Assembly (NCBI GenBank): GCA_000025185.1
Contig: CP001848.1
Location: 4,800,001 to 4,832,000 of the forward strand
Origin: Pirellula staleyi DSM 6068
GTDB taxonomy: Bacteria > Planctomycetota > Planctomycetia > Pirellulales > Pirellulaceae
DNA length: 32,000 nucleotides
Direction: 5' to 3'
Positions 1-9,063 of the stretch are shown here, piece after piece. A program made the position numbers and the translations under genes. The notes under the pieces are model-generated. The model was given only the letters and a program-made list of their open reading frames with translations. It was not told the origin of the DNA and made no database searches. Position 1 is the stretch's first letter. Every line of letters begins with the position of its first letter.

Positions 1-967
1 GGAACATGCCGACCAGAATTGCTGCTGGATAAAACAGCACGTTGCCGCGATGTCCTTCCATGGCATTGGTTGCCCGCGACAAATTGTGATCGTAGAAGAA
101 GCCCGTCAAAAACTCACCATCGGTGGCAATCCCTACGGCGACATACCAAGGCATAGCGATGGCCAGCGACACACACAGTGCCATCACTGGATTCATGTAC
201 CAGCAGGTCCTAAGGAAGTGAACCGGATGAAACACAGCCCACACTTGAGCAGGAAATCGCTTCCACCACACAAGGTGCGAAACGTCGAGTGGCGGTAAGG
301 TTTCGATGAGCAGGAACATCCCGATGCAGGCAGTGGGAATGATCAGCCCAATCGGCCCTTTCGCGAGCATGGCAAAACCCATAGCGCCGTACATCAGCAC
401 CGCGGTCAGCAAATCGGGAAACAAAGAATGACGTCCCGTCGCAGGCTGTTCGGTTGCAACAGGAAAGGTTCGCAGCACATAAATAGCCAGCGACAAAGTG
501 CTCCAAAAAATCAGCGTGGCATCGGGAGTGCAAGCGCGCCCCGCCATGACAAACAGAAGTGAACTACCGATAGCACAGCCAGCCCAGAGTCCCGCTGTTG
601 CACCGAAGAGCCGCCGCCCCATAAGCCAAGTGAGGACCGCCGTTAAAATGGCATAGACCGCCGAAGGCAAGCGGGCCGAGAACTCGCTCACACCGAGGAG
701 CGAATACGAAATCATGATGCTCCAGTACTGGAGCACCGGCTTATGGGTTCGCAGTTCAGCGTTGAAGGTCGGCACAATCCAGTCGCCACGCCCCAGCATC
801 TCGAAGGCGCAATTGGCGTTGCGTGGCTCATCGCGATCCCACAACCGCGGCCCACCGAGGTTCGTGAGCATCACCACGCAACTCACCGCGAGCACCGTGG
901 CCAAATGACGAAGCCATTGCGACTTCAGCCACGATTCCTTGCTCGTCAGGTTTTGATCCATGCTCAT
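1..967 (-). CDS. ArnT/PMT-family (GT39/GT83-like) membrane glycosyltransferase, N-terminal ~322 codons; 3' end lies beyond the window
   Basis: Not in the ORF track because it has no in-window stop. I checked the minus frame starting at ATG 967 and found no tta/cta/tca in that frame down to position 2. The translation begins MSMDQNLTSKESWLKSQWLRHLATVLAVSCVVMLTNLGGPRLWDRDEPRNANCAFEMLGRGDWIVPTFNAELRTHKPVLQYWSIMISYSLLGVSEFSARLPSAVYAILTAVLTWLMGRRLFG. This is the typical N-terminal loop and TM pattern of the ArnT/PMT_2 family, and the protein is polytopic and hydrophobic. Confidence 0.75.
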   Translation of the reverse strand, partial: MSMDQNLTSKESWLKSQWLRHLATVLAVSCVVMLTNLGGPRLWDRDEPRNANCAFEMLGRGDWIVPTFNAELRTHKPVLQYWSIMISYSLLGVSEFSARLPSAVYAILTAVLTWLMGRRLFGATAGLWAGCAIGSSLLFVMAGRACTPDATLIFWSTLSLAIYVLRTFPVATEQPATGRHSLFPDLLTAVLMYGAMGFAMLAKGPIGLIIPTACIGMFLLIETLPPLDVSHLVWWKRFPAQVWAVFHPVHFLRTCWYMNPVMALCVSLAIAMPWYVAVGIATDGEFLTGFFYDHNLSRATNAMEGHRGNVLFYPAAILVGMF

Positions 968-1316
968 TCGCGTCCTCCTTGACGCCAGACCGCCACTATC
1001 TATTCCCGCTACAAGCGTGCGAAGTATAGAGAGGCCAGATGCTGACGCAAACGTCAGTTGTCCAGCAATAAATTGTGCCTGCATGCGACGGACGCTAGCA
1101 CTCAGCAAGCCACATCTTTTGAAAATCTCTTCACAATTACCGAAAAGATGCGTTGCCTCGTTCGCTCCATTGCTGCTATTTTCCCGCACTGCAATCTCGG
1201 CGCGCGCCCCAGCCTCAAGTCTTCCTCATGAAGACATGAGACTAGCGAGCACGACACGCCCAATCACGGATGACTGGACAAAACCGAGAAGCAGACGCCT
1301 TGATGGCGAGGGAATC

Positions 1317-4300
1317 ATGAACGGACTGAGCCCGGTGCAAAAGAAACGAAGCTTCACGTTTTGCGACCTGCTGGCTGCCACTCGCACGCGAGTGATGGTG
1401 CTTGCCTTGTTGCTGCTCGTCGGCAAAGCATCGGCGCAAGATGCTCAGTGGATTTGGTCCCCCGCGCACGAGCCTGGGAGTGTCCCAGCCGACGCCGTGT
1501 GCCACTTCCGAAAAACGATCACGCTCGAATCTCCCGAACAAGGTTCGGTGAGTATCGCAGGCGACGACAATTACGAGCTCTACATCAACGGCCGGCGTGT
1601 CGGTGGTGGTTCCAGCACCGAAAAACTCCAAGACTTCGATGTCACGCGTTTTCTGGGACGCGGCAATAACGTGGTTGCAGTTCGCGCGACAAACAAATCG
1701 GGTGGCACAGCCGCTGTGGTTGTTCGCGTCACGATCAAAGAAAAAGAGGGGGACTGGCAAGCCTTCTCGAGCGACGACACCTGGCGCACCTCGGAACGTC
1801 CTCTCCCACTCTGGAATACCACAATCTACAACGATCGCAGCTGGGCACCTGCTCGCAAGCTCGGTCCTCTCGGCGAAACAGCCCCCTGGGATCGACGCGA
1901 AGATGTTCCTGTCGCTGCCGTCGAGAAAAGCAATCGCTTTGACATCAGCGACGAATTTGAAGTTCAGCAAGTGCTCGATGGTGGCGCTACTGGCTCGCTG
2001 ATCGCCATGACCTTCAATGAATTCGGCCACATTCTGGCGTCGAAAGAAGGAAGCGGCCTGCTGCTGATCCACGATAGCGATGGCGATAAAACCCCCGACG
2101 AAATTCGGACTTGCTGCGACGATGTTAAAAACATCCAAGGGATTCTCGCACTCAACGGTGGGGTCTACGTCACCGGCGACGGTCCCGACGGTATTGGGCT
2201 CTACAAGCTCTCGGACAAAGATCGCGATGGCAAGTTCGAGGATGTTGACACGCTCGTCAAATTCAAAACGGAAGTGGCCGAGCATGGACCACACAGCATC
2301 GCGCTGGGTCCCGATGGTTTTCTCTATGTCATGCTCGGTAACCACACCAGCATCGAAGGGGAATTCGACGAGGAAAGCCCGCACAAGAACTACTACGAAG
2401 GGGATCTGCTCACTCCTAAGTACGAAGATCCAGGTGGACATGCCGTTGGGATTAAAGCACCGGGCGGAAGCATCATCCGTACTGATACCCAAGGAACTGC
2501 CGTCCAAATTGTCGCAGGCGGTCTCCGCAATCCTTACGATTTCTGCTTCAACCGCGAAGGGGAAATGTTCGTCCACGATGCCGACATGGAGTCGGATGAC
2601 GGCATGACCTGGTATCGCCCCACGCGACTGATGCACGTCACTCCTGGTAGTGAATTCGGTTGGCGCAGTGGTTGGTCGAAGTGGCCCGAGTATTACTTCG
2701 ATTCTCTGCCAGCTGCGATTGAAACAGGTCGCGGTTCGCCTGCTGGTATCGTCGCTTACAACCACTTCATGTTCCCCGTTCGCTATCACAACTGCCTGTT
2801 TTCGGCCGACTGGTCGCAAGGACGCATCCTGGCCATCACGATGAAGAAAACCGGCGCTGGATACACAGCGACGAGCGAAGTTTTCCTCGAAGGCAATCCG
2901 CTGAACGTCACCGACCTCGATGTGGGTCCCGACGGCTGGCTCTACTTCTGCACGGGGGGACGTGGCACCGGTGGTGGCATCTATCGTGTCACTTGGAAGG
3001 GCTCGGTTCCAAAAGAAGTGGTGAACATCGGCACCGGCATGACCGCCGTGATTCGTCAGCCGCAGTTGCAGAGCGCTTATGCTCGTCAAAATATTGCAGC
3101 CATCAAAAAACAACTGGGAACAGCCTGGGACACCAGTCTCGCAGGAGTCGCCAAAAGTCCCGCAAATCCGCCGAACTATCGCTTGCAAGCGCTCGACTTG
3201 ATGCAGCTCTATGGACCTGCTCCCGAAGAGACGCTGCTGGTGAATCTTTCGAAAGATCCTAGCGCCGTGGTGCGCTCGAAAACCGTCGAATTGATGGGAC
3301 TCCATCCCACCGCTGCTGTAAGCGAACGGATGGTGGAACTGCTCGACGACACCGATCGCAACGTGCGACGCAAAGCCTGCGAAGCGCTCACACGCTGCAA
3401 ACTCGAGCCACCACTCGAAAAGGTGCTGAAGATCCTAAAATCCGATGATCGCCACGAAGCCTGGGCAGCTCGCCGCTTGCTTGAATCGATGCCGGTCGAT
3501 ACCTGGCGCGACACGGTCCTCGCCAGCGACGATCACCGTGTGCTAGTGCAAGGCGGACTGGCGTTGCTGATCGTCGATCCGCGCAAACAGAACGCCATCG
3601 ACGTGATGCAAAAAGCTCATAAAGAGCTCGAAGCTTTCGTCAGCGATCGCGATTTCCTCGACATTCTCCGTCTGCTCGAAGTCGCCATCCATCGTGGTGG
3701 TGTTTCTGCCGATGAAGTCCCTGGCCTCCGTCGGCAATTGGCCGAAGAGTTTCCAGCGGGCGATCCAGTGATGAACCGCGAGCTGATTCGCTTGCTCGTC
3801 TACCTTGAAGAGTCGACGATTATCGATCGGTATCTGGCTTACTTGTCGAGCGATGTTGCCGACGTTGAGAAACTGCATGTGGCGATGCACCTGCGATTCC
3901 TGAAGTCTGGCTGGACTCCCTCGCGACGCATGACACTGCTGGAATACTACGAAGATGCCAACCAGCGTAAGGGTGGTGGCAGCTATGCTCGCTACATCAT
4001 CAATGCCACGCGAGATTTCACGAAGGATCTGACGGAAGAGGAGTCGGTGGCGGTGCTCGCCAAGGGTGCCAAGATGCCCAACGCTGCACTGGGTGCGCTC
4101 TACAAGCTCCCCGCACAACTCGACGACACGATGATCGATACGCTGGAATCACTCGACAAACAGCTCGAAGGGAAAACGACCGATTCCGTTCAGCGTTTGC
4201 GTGTCGGTATTGTGGCCGTAATGGCTCGTAGCGCCGACGAACGTTCGATGGCGTATCTCCGAAAAGTATGGGAAGCCGATCCCGAACGTCGTCAGCCGGT

Positions 4301-5150
4301 CGCCCTCGGTTTGGCACAACAACCTGAAGGTGAGAACTGGAGCTTCCTGGTCCGTAGCCTCGGAATTCTCGAACCAGCCGCCGGTCGCGAAATCTGTAAC
4401 AAGCTAATGGATGTCGACCAAGCCCCGGAAGAAGCTGAACCGTATCGCCAGGTGATTCTGCTCGGGCTCAAGATGAAAGAGAAGGGTTCGCAGCCAGCGA
4501 TTTCGCTCCTCGAGTACTGGGTCGGTGAAGAGCTAGCCGCAGGCAAAGAGCCAGCCGATCAGCTCATCGCATGGCAGGAGTGGTTCAAGACCACCTATCC
4601 TGAACAGCCAGCGGCCGAACTTCCCAAGGCATCGGAAAACAGCAAGTACACCTTTGAAGAGCTCACCACCTACCTTGGCGGCGAAGAGTTCGCGAAAGCG
4701 TCGACCGCTCGCGGTAAGGAGATCTATGTTCGAGCCCAGTGCGCCAAGTGTCACCGCTATGGCGACGAAGGAGAGAGCATCGGTCCAGACCTCACGAAAG
4801 TGACGAATCGCTTTACGAAGAAAGAGCTCCTCGAGTCGATCTTTTACCCCTCGCACGTGATTTCTTCGCAGTATCAGTCGAAGACGATTCTCACCACCGA
4901 CGGCCGGACCATCCAAGGTCTCGTTGCTCCGGGGGCTGCTGGCGAAACTGTCGTCCTGCAATCGACGGGCGAAAAAATCACACTAGCAGGGGATGAGATT
5001 GAAGCGATCAAGCCGTCGACGGTTTCAGCGATGCCTGAAGGGCTGCTCAACACCCTAGAGCTCGAAGAAATCGCCGATCTGATGCTCTTCCTGCAATCGG
5101 GTAGTCGTGAACAAATCGCTCGCGAGCAAGACAACGAAGCGCCTCGCTGA
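1317..5150 (+). CDS. Giant secreted multidomain protein: galactose-binding-like N-domain, beta-propeller 'membrane-bound dehydrogenase' domain, HEAT-like repeats, C-terminal cytochrome c (CxxCH) domain
   Basis: Taken from ORF 960..5150. I place the start at ATG 1317 (MNGLSPVQKKRSFTFCDLLAATRTRVMVLALLLLVGKASA/QD, signal-peptide-like), because the 960 start would overlap the divergent gene. It carries propeller-like GPDG/DGxLY motifs (GPDGFLYVMLGNH, GPDGWLYFCTGGRG). The C-terminus has CAKCHRYGDEGESIGPDLT plus a distal Met, as in the Pirellula/Verrucomicrobium-type heme-binding domain. Confidence 0.8.
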   Translation: MNGLSPVQKKRSFTFCDLLAATRTRVMVLALLLLVGKASAQDAQWIWSPAHEPGSVPADAVCHFRKTITLESPEQGSVSIAGDDNYELYINGRRVGGGSSTEKLQDFDVTRFLGRGNNVVAVRATNKSGGTAAVVVRVTIKEKEGDWQAFSSDDTWRTSERPLPLWNTTIYNDRSWAPARKLGPLGETAPWDRREDVPVAAVEKSNRFDISDEFEVQQVLDGGATGSLIAMTFNEFGHILASKEGSGLLLIHDSDGDKTPDEIRTCCDDVKNIQGILALNGGVYVTGDGPDGIGLYKLSDKDRDGKFEDVDTLVKFKTEVAEHGPHSIALGPDGFLYVMLGNHTSIEGEFDEESPHKNYYEGDLLTPKYEDPGGHAVGIKAPGGSIIRTDTQGTAVQIVAGGLRNPYDFCFNREGEMFVHDADMESDDGMTWYRPTRLMHVTPGSEFGWRSGWSKWPEYYFDSLPAAIETGRGSPAGIVAYNHFMFPVRYHNCLFSADWSQGRILAITMKKTGAGYTATSEVFLEGNPLNVTDLDVGPDGWLYFCTGGRGTGGGIYRVTWKGSVPKEVVNIGTGMTAVIRQPQLQSAYARQNIAAIKKQLGTAWDTSLAGVAKSPANPPNYRLQALDLMQLYGPAPEETLLVNLSKDPSAVVRSKTVELMGLHPTAAVSERMVELLDDTDRNVRRKACEALTRCKLEPPLEKVLKILKSDDRHEAWAARRLLESMPVDTWRDTVLASDDHRVLVQGGLALLIVDPRKQNAIDVMQKAHKELEAFVSDRDFLDILRLLEVAIHRGGVSADEVPGLRRQLAEEFPAGDPVMNRELIRLLVYLEESTIIDRYLAYLSSDVADVEKLHVAMHLRFLKSGWTPSRRMTLLEYYEDANQRKGGGSYARYIINATRDFTKDLTEEESVAVLAKGAKMPNAALGALYKLPAQLDDTMIDTLESLDKQLEGKTTDSVQRLRVGIVAVMARSADERSMAYLRKVWEADPERRQPVALGLAQQPEGENWSFLVRSLGILEPAAGREICNKLMDVDQAPEEAEPYRQVILLGLKMKEKGSQPAISLLEYWVGEELAAGKEPADQLIAWQEWFKTTYPEQPAAELPKASENSKYTFEELTTYLGGEEFAKASTARGKEIYVRAQCAKCHRYGDEGESIGPDLTKVTNRFTKKELLESIFYPSHVISSQYQSKTILTTDGRTIQGLVAPGAAGETVVLQSTGEKITLAGDEIEAIKPSTVSAMPEGLLNTLELEEIADLMLFLQSGSREQIAREQDNEAPR

Positions 5151-5189
5151 GTACGCGCAGCAACATTCGGATTAACCAGGTCCCACAAA

Positions 5190-5235
5190 ATCGCGCGCGG
5201 AATTGAACTCGATTCCTCGCGCGATCTTCATTTTC
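5190..5235 (+). terminator. Hairpin 40 nt downstream of the dehydrogenase stop; possible intrinsic terminator
   Basis: ATCGCGCGCGGAAT (5190-5203) pairs with ATTCCTCGCGCGAT (5212-5225), 13 of 14 bp with an 8-nt loop. It is followed by the partly T-rich cttcattttcttg. Confidence 0.4.
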
Positions 5236-5586
5236 TTGCCACCCATCACACCCGCTCGTGCACCTCCAGAAACGTTCATCCCGGCAAGTTTCTGGCTGAA
5301 ATGGGGCGCACCGGGGGAATCTTTCGCTTGCAAGCGAACCGCTGACAGCTGTTCGGCGTATAGCGGCTGTCGGGGATATTGGGCCTCCACTTTTCCTGTC
5401 CTGGCAACATCTCCAGGAAGGCGAGTTGTTGCCCGCTCCTGTGGCAGATTACGATGAATGCTTCGAACCGGCTGTTGGGTTGGCAGCTAACATGCTCAAC
5501 CTTTCCGCCAAAATCGATATGCTGTTCTCATTGCTTTTTCAGCAGCGTCGCTCGCACTCATTGATTCCCATTCCGGAAAGACCTTT

Positions 5587-6123
5587 ATGAAAATCACAGG
5601 TTTTCTCTTCGCCCTTGTTCTTGGTCTATCGACGGCGGCGATGTTCACTGGATGTACAAAATCGTCGGACACCAAAGCCCCCGAAGGCGAGGCGGGACAT
5701 GGCGACCACGATCATGGTGATCACGGACACGACCACGAACATTCGCACGCAGGTCCACATGGCGGAAAGGTGTTTGTGATCGGGGATGAAGAGTATCACG
5801 GCGAATGGACCCACGACGACACCGGCAAGGTTTCGATCTACTTGCTCGATTCCGCGATGAAAGAGACTGTCCCTACGGCTAGTCCTTCGGTCACGATTGA
5901 TGTGAAGGTAGGAGAAGAGACGAAGACCTACGAGCTACCAGCGGTGAATCCGACAGCCGACGAACCACCGACCGCGTTTCAGTTTGAGATTGTCGATGCG
6001 GGACTCGGCGGAGCGCTCGAAGCGGTGAGCGAAGGGGGAGTGCAAGCGACTTTGAAAGTTGTCATCAATTCCAAGCCCTACTCGGTTAAGATCACCAAGG
6101 AAGAGCACAGCCACGCCCACTAA
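5587..6123 (+). CDS. Histidine-rich lipoprotein, putative periplasmic metal-binding protein
   Basis: Signal peptide with a lipobox-like AAMFTG/C. His/Asp tract GHGDHDHGDHGHDHEHSHAGPHGG, and the C-terminus is EEHSHAH. Confidence 0.7.
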   Translation: MKITGFLFALVLGLSTAAMFTGCTKSSDTKAPEGEAGHGDHDHGDHGHDHEHSHAGPHGGKVFVIGDEEYHGEWTHDDTGKVSIYLLDSAMKETVPTASPSVTIDVKVGEETKTYELPAVNPTADEPPTAFQFEIVDAGLGGALEAVSEGGVQATLKVVINSKPYSVKITKEEHSHAH

Positions 6124-6156
6124 GCTTCGGCTGATTTTTAGCAGCACAGCATTTCC

Positions 6157-6195
6157 AACGCTGGTCTGGCGATAACGCTAGGCCAGCGTTTTTTA
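6157..6195 (+). terminator. Rho-independent terminator after the lipoprotein gene
   Basis: AACGCTGG (6157-6164) pairs with CCAGCGTT (6183-6190), followed by TTTT. The loop is long at 18 nt. Confidence 0.55.
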
Positions 6196-6276
6196 TGGGA
6201 GTCGTCTACGAAATTCTCTCTCGCAGTTGCGAGCGTCACCCAGGGATGCCATCATCCGAGCACAACGAAGTAACCC

Positions 6277-7776
6277 ATGGTCTACGGAGCGCCGAAAGTG
6301 ATTCGCATCCCCTTCAAAATCGCCCACGCTGCGATGACATTCGTTGCCTTCGTCTTGGCAACTACGTTCGTCATTTCTTCTACAGCAGCGACTGAAGAAT
6401 CTGCCGCCGATGCGGCGAGTAAGCGGCGTCCCAATATTGTCCTCATCTTCTGTGACGACCTCGGCTATGCCGATATTGGCTGCTTCGGAGCCAAGGGGTA
6501 CGAGACTCCTAATCTCAACAAACTCGCCTCTGAAGGGATGAAATTCACCGACTTTCAAGTAGCTGCTGCCGTCTGTAGCGCCTCGCGCGCCGCGCTGCTG
6601 ACAGGCTGTTATCCACAGCGTGTGGGAATCCTCAGTGCGCTCGGGCCATCGGACTCTATTGGGATCGCCAAAAACGAACTCCTCATTAGCGAACTGCTGC
6701 AAAACCTCGGGTACAAAACGGCCTGCTTTGGTAAGTGGCATCTCGGGCATCACGAGCAGTTTTTACCGCAGCAAAACGGCTTTGCAACCTACTTCGGCCT
6801 CCCTTACTCCAACGACATGTGGCCGAAGCATCCCACCGCGAAGAATGCGTATCCGCCACTCCCTCTCATCGATGGCAACAAAACGATCGAACTCAATCCC
6901 GATCAAACCAAACTCACCACGTGGTATACCGAAAAAGCGGTGAAGTTTATTCACGACTGTGGAGAGAAACCGTTCTTTCTTTATGTGCCGCACAACATGC
7001 CGCACGTACCACTCTTTGTTTCCGAAAAGTTTGCTGGCAAGACGAAACGTGGACTCTTTGGCGACGTGATTGCAGAAATCGATTGGAGCGTCGGAGAGAT
7101 TACCAAGGCGCTCGAGGCGACCGGTAACGTAGACAACACGCTCGTGATCTTCACCTCGGATAATGGACCGTGGCTTTCCTACGGTGATCACGCAGGATCG
7201 ACCGGAGGCTTTCGTGAAGGGAAGGGGACCGTGTGGGAAGGTGGTCATCGAGTCCCGATGATCGCGAAGTATCCTGGCACAATCCAGCCCGGAACAACAT
7301 GCGACAAACTTGCTTCGACGATCGATCTTTTCCCTACGATTGCCCACTACTGCGGAGCCACCATCGACCCTTCACGCAAGATCGATGGTGTATCGATTCA
7401 GCCGCTACTGGAGTCGGTAGAAGGTGCTAAAAGCTCCCACGAATTCTTTTACTATTACTGGGGCAATGGACTCGAGGCTGTACGCGACGAGCGGTTCAAG
7501 CTCCACTTTCCGCATGCTTTCCGCTCACTCACCGGCACTCCTGGAACTGACGGCATGCCGAATGGCTACACACAAGCGAAGACGGAGCTTGCCCTCTTTG
7601 ATCTTGATGCCGATCCGTTTGAGCAAACGAATATCGCAGCTGATCATCCCGAAGTTACTGCGCGACTCACTGCCGCTGCGGAATCAATGCGCAGCGATCT
7701 AGGCGATAGCCTAACCGGAAAGAAAGGGACAGGAATTCGCCCACCCGATCGCTTTACTCAGCCGAAAGCAAACTAA
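6277..7776 (+). CDS. Arylsulfatase (formylglycine-dependent sulfatase family)
   Basis: NIVLIFCDDLGYADIGCFG, the C-x-A-x-R formylglycine site CSASRAALLTGCYP, GKWHLG and FTSDNGPW. There is an N-terminal signal/TM segment; the start could alternatively be Met20 (6334). Confidence 0.9.
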   Translation: MVYGAPKVIRIPFKIAHAAMTFVAFVLATTFVISSTAATEESAADAASKRRPNIVLIFCDDLGYADIGCFGAKGYETPNLNKLASEGMKFTDFQVAAAVCSASRAALLTGCYPQRVGILSALGPSDSIGIAKNELLISELLQNLGYKTACFGKWHLGHHEQFLPQQNGFATYFGLPYSNDMWPKHPTAKNAYPPLPLIDGNKTIELNPDQTKLTTWYTEKAVKFIHDCGEKPFFLYVPHNMPHVPLFVSEKFAGKTKRGLFGDVIAEIDWSVGEITKALEATGNVDNTLVIFTSDNGPWLSYGDHAGSTGGFREGKGTVWEGGHRVPMIAKYPGTIQPGTTCDKLASTIDLFPTIAHYCGATIDPSRKIDGVSIQPLLESVEGAKSSHEFFYYYWGNGLEAVRDERFKLHFPHAFRSLTGTPGTDGMPNGYTQAKTELALFDLDADPFEQTNIAADHPEVTARLTAAAESMRSDLGDSLTGKKGTGIRPPDRFTQPKAN

Positions 7777-7823
7777 CGGCCAATCGTGTGAATCATTACG
7801 TATTTCTCTAAGAATACGCGCGA

Positions 7824-8723
7824 CTATGACTGCGCAAGGGCAGCTGCTTTCTCGAGAGTCGGCTCGAGTTCTTCCCAGATGATCGCCAGGGAAACTTGAT
7901 CGAGTCCGAGTCCCGCATACACCTCGTCGGGCGGAGGTGGGACATTGTGGACCCCCAGCGATGTCCAGCCGGCGCGGCTGCAAAGATAGTTAGCCACTGC
8001 AACCACTTGCACGAGATCGCGATGCTCCCCTTCATAGCACCAGGGCTGATGATGGTAGGTGATCGCATCGGCCACTTGTTCAGGCAGGTTCCAGCGCTGC
8101 GCGACAAAGCCGCCCAGCATCGCGTGATCGAAGGAAAGAATCTCGCGCTCAATAGCATAGGTCGGAACATCGCTACGTAGTCCATCGATCACACGATGGA
8201 AATGGCGACGGAGTGTCTGATCAATCAGGATCAGCCCAATGTCGTGCAGCAGCCCCCCGATGTACGCTTCTTCTGGGGCACCGCGTCCGCAGACGCGCGA
8301 AATCAAACGCCCCGCCGCTGCGACAGCCACGCTATGCGACCAGAGATTCGATCGCTTGTAGCTCCCGTAATCGCCGGGCGCTTCATAGATGCGAGAGACA
8401 AAAACAGTCATCGCCAGGTTTCGAACTTCGCGAAATCCGAGCAGGCTCACTGCCGTACGGACATCGGCCACCTTTTGACTCAATCCGTAGTACGACGAGT
8501 TTAGTCGACGCAAGATGCGTGCGACGAGAACTGGGTCGCTTTGAATCGCTTCGCGCAAGTCATCAGCGCGGCTGTTATCGTCTTCTGCGAGCGACAAAAT
8601 GCGACGGGCGACAGTGGGGAGCGACGAGACCTCGCCAATTCGTGAAAACAACTTCTCGAGCGCAACCCGACGTTCGTCGGAGAGCGGTTCAGTTGATCCA
8701 GGAATGAGAGAGGTCGTGGACAT
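7824..8723 (-). CDS. HDOD domain signalling protein
   Basis: LPTVARRILSLAEDDNSRADDLREAIQSDPVLVARILRRLNSSYYGLSQKVADVRTAVSLLGFREVRNLAMTV, followed by the HD-like GGLLHDIGLILI. Confidence 0.85.
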   Translation of the reverse strand: MSTTSLIPGSTEPLSDERRVALEKLFSRIGEVSSLPTVARRILSLAEDDNSRADDLREAIQSDPVLVARILRRLNSSYYGLSQKVADVRTAVSLLGFREVRNLAMTVFVSRIYEAPGDYGSYKRSNLWSHSVAVAAAGRLISRVCGRGAPEEAYIGGLLHDIGLILIDQTLRRHFHRVIDGLRSDVPTYAIEREILSFDHAMLGGFVAQRWNLPEQVADAITYHHQPWCYEGEHRDLVQVVAVANYLCSRAGWTSLGVHNVPPPPDEVYAGLGLDQVSLAIIWEELEPTLEKAAALAQS

Positions 8724-9063
8724 AGAAAGTGAATTGGGTCCCGCTATTATCAGCCTCGTTGTTCAAAGCTCCTGCGTGCAAAGTCATCCCAGAAGGATGC
8801 ATGCGCACGAACTTCCATCGGCTACAAACGTAGCTCACCACCCGAGCCATGCGGTGTGCACATCTGCAGTTTTTCCCGAGTAAGAACACGTTTTTTGCGT
8901 TGTAGCGATTCTTCCATCGACCTACCGCCCGTTGGGGGAGAGCTTGGATTTGCCGAGAGCCGTTCTGTGACCTAGGGTTCAGTGCCTACGAGTGCGCGCT
9001 AGATTTGACGCGCAGCAGCAGGCTCTTTTTCCACTCGCGCAAACGATCTCGGACTGATCCACG

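Noticed and set aside
960-1316. N-terminal 119 codons of the track ORF 960..5150
   Set aside because: It overlaps the start of the divergent glycosyltransferase gene and has no protein-like features. A convincing signal peptide begins at Met 1317, so the upstream part is treated as untranslated.
1242-3305. 687-aa minus-strand ORF
   Set aside because: It is antisense to the well-supported dehydrogenase gene. The sequence is Arg/Ala/Gly-rich with no motifs, which is typical of a high-GC shadow ORF.
5172-5564. Small ORFs (61-84 aa) in the 5151-5586 gap
   Set aside because: They overlap each other and have no Shine-Dalgarno or family resemblance. The region is better described as non-coding.
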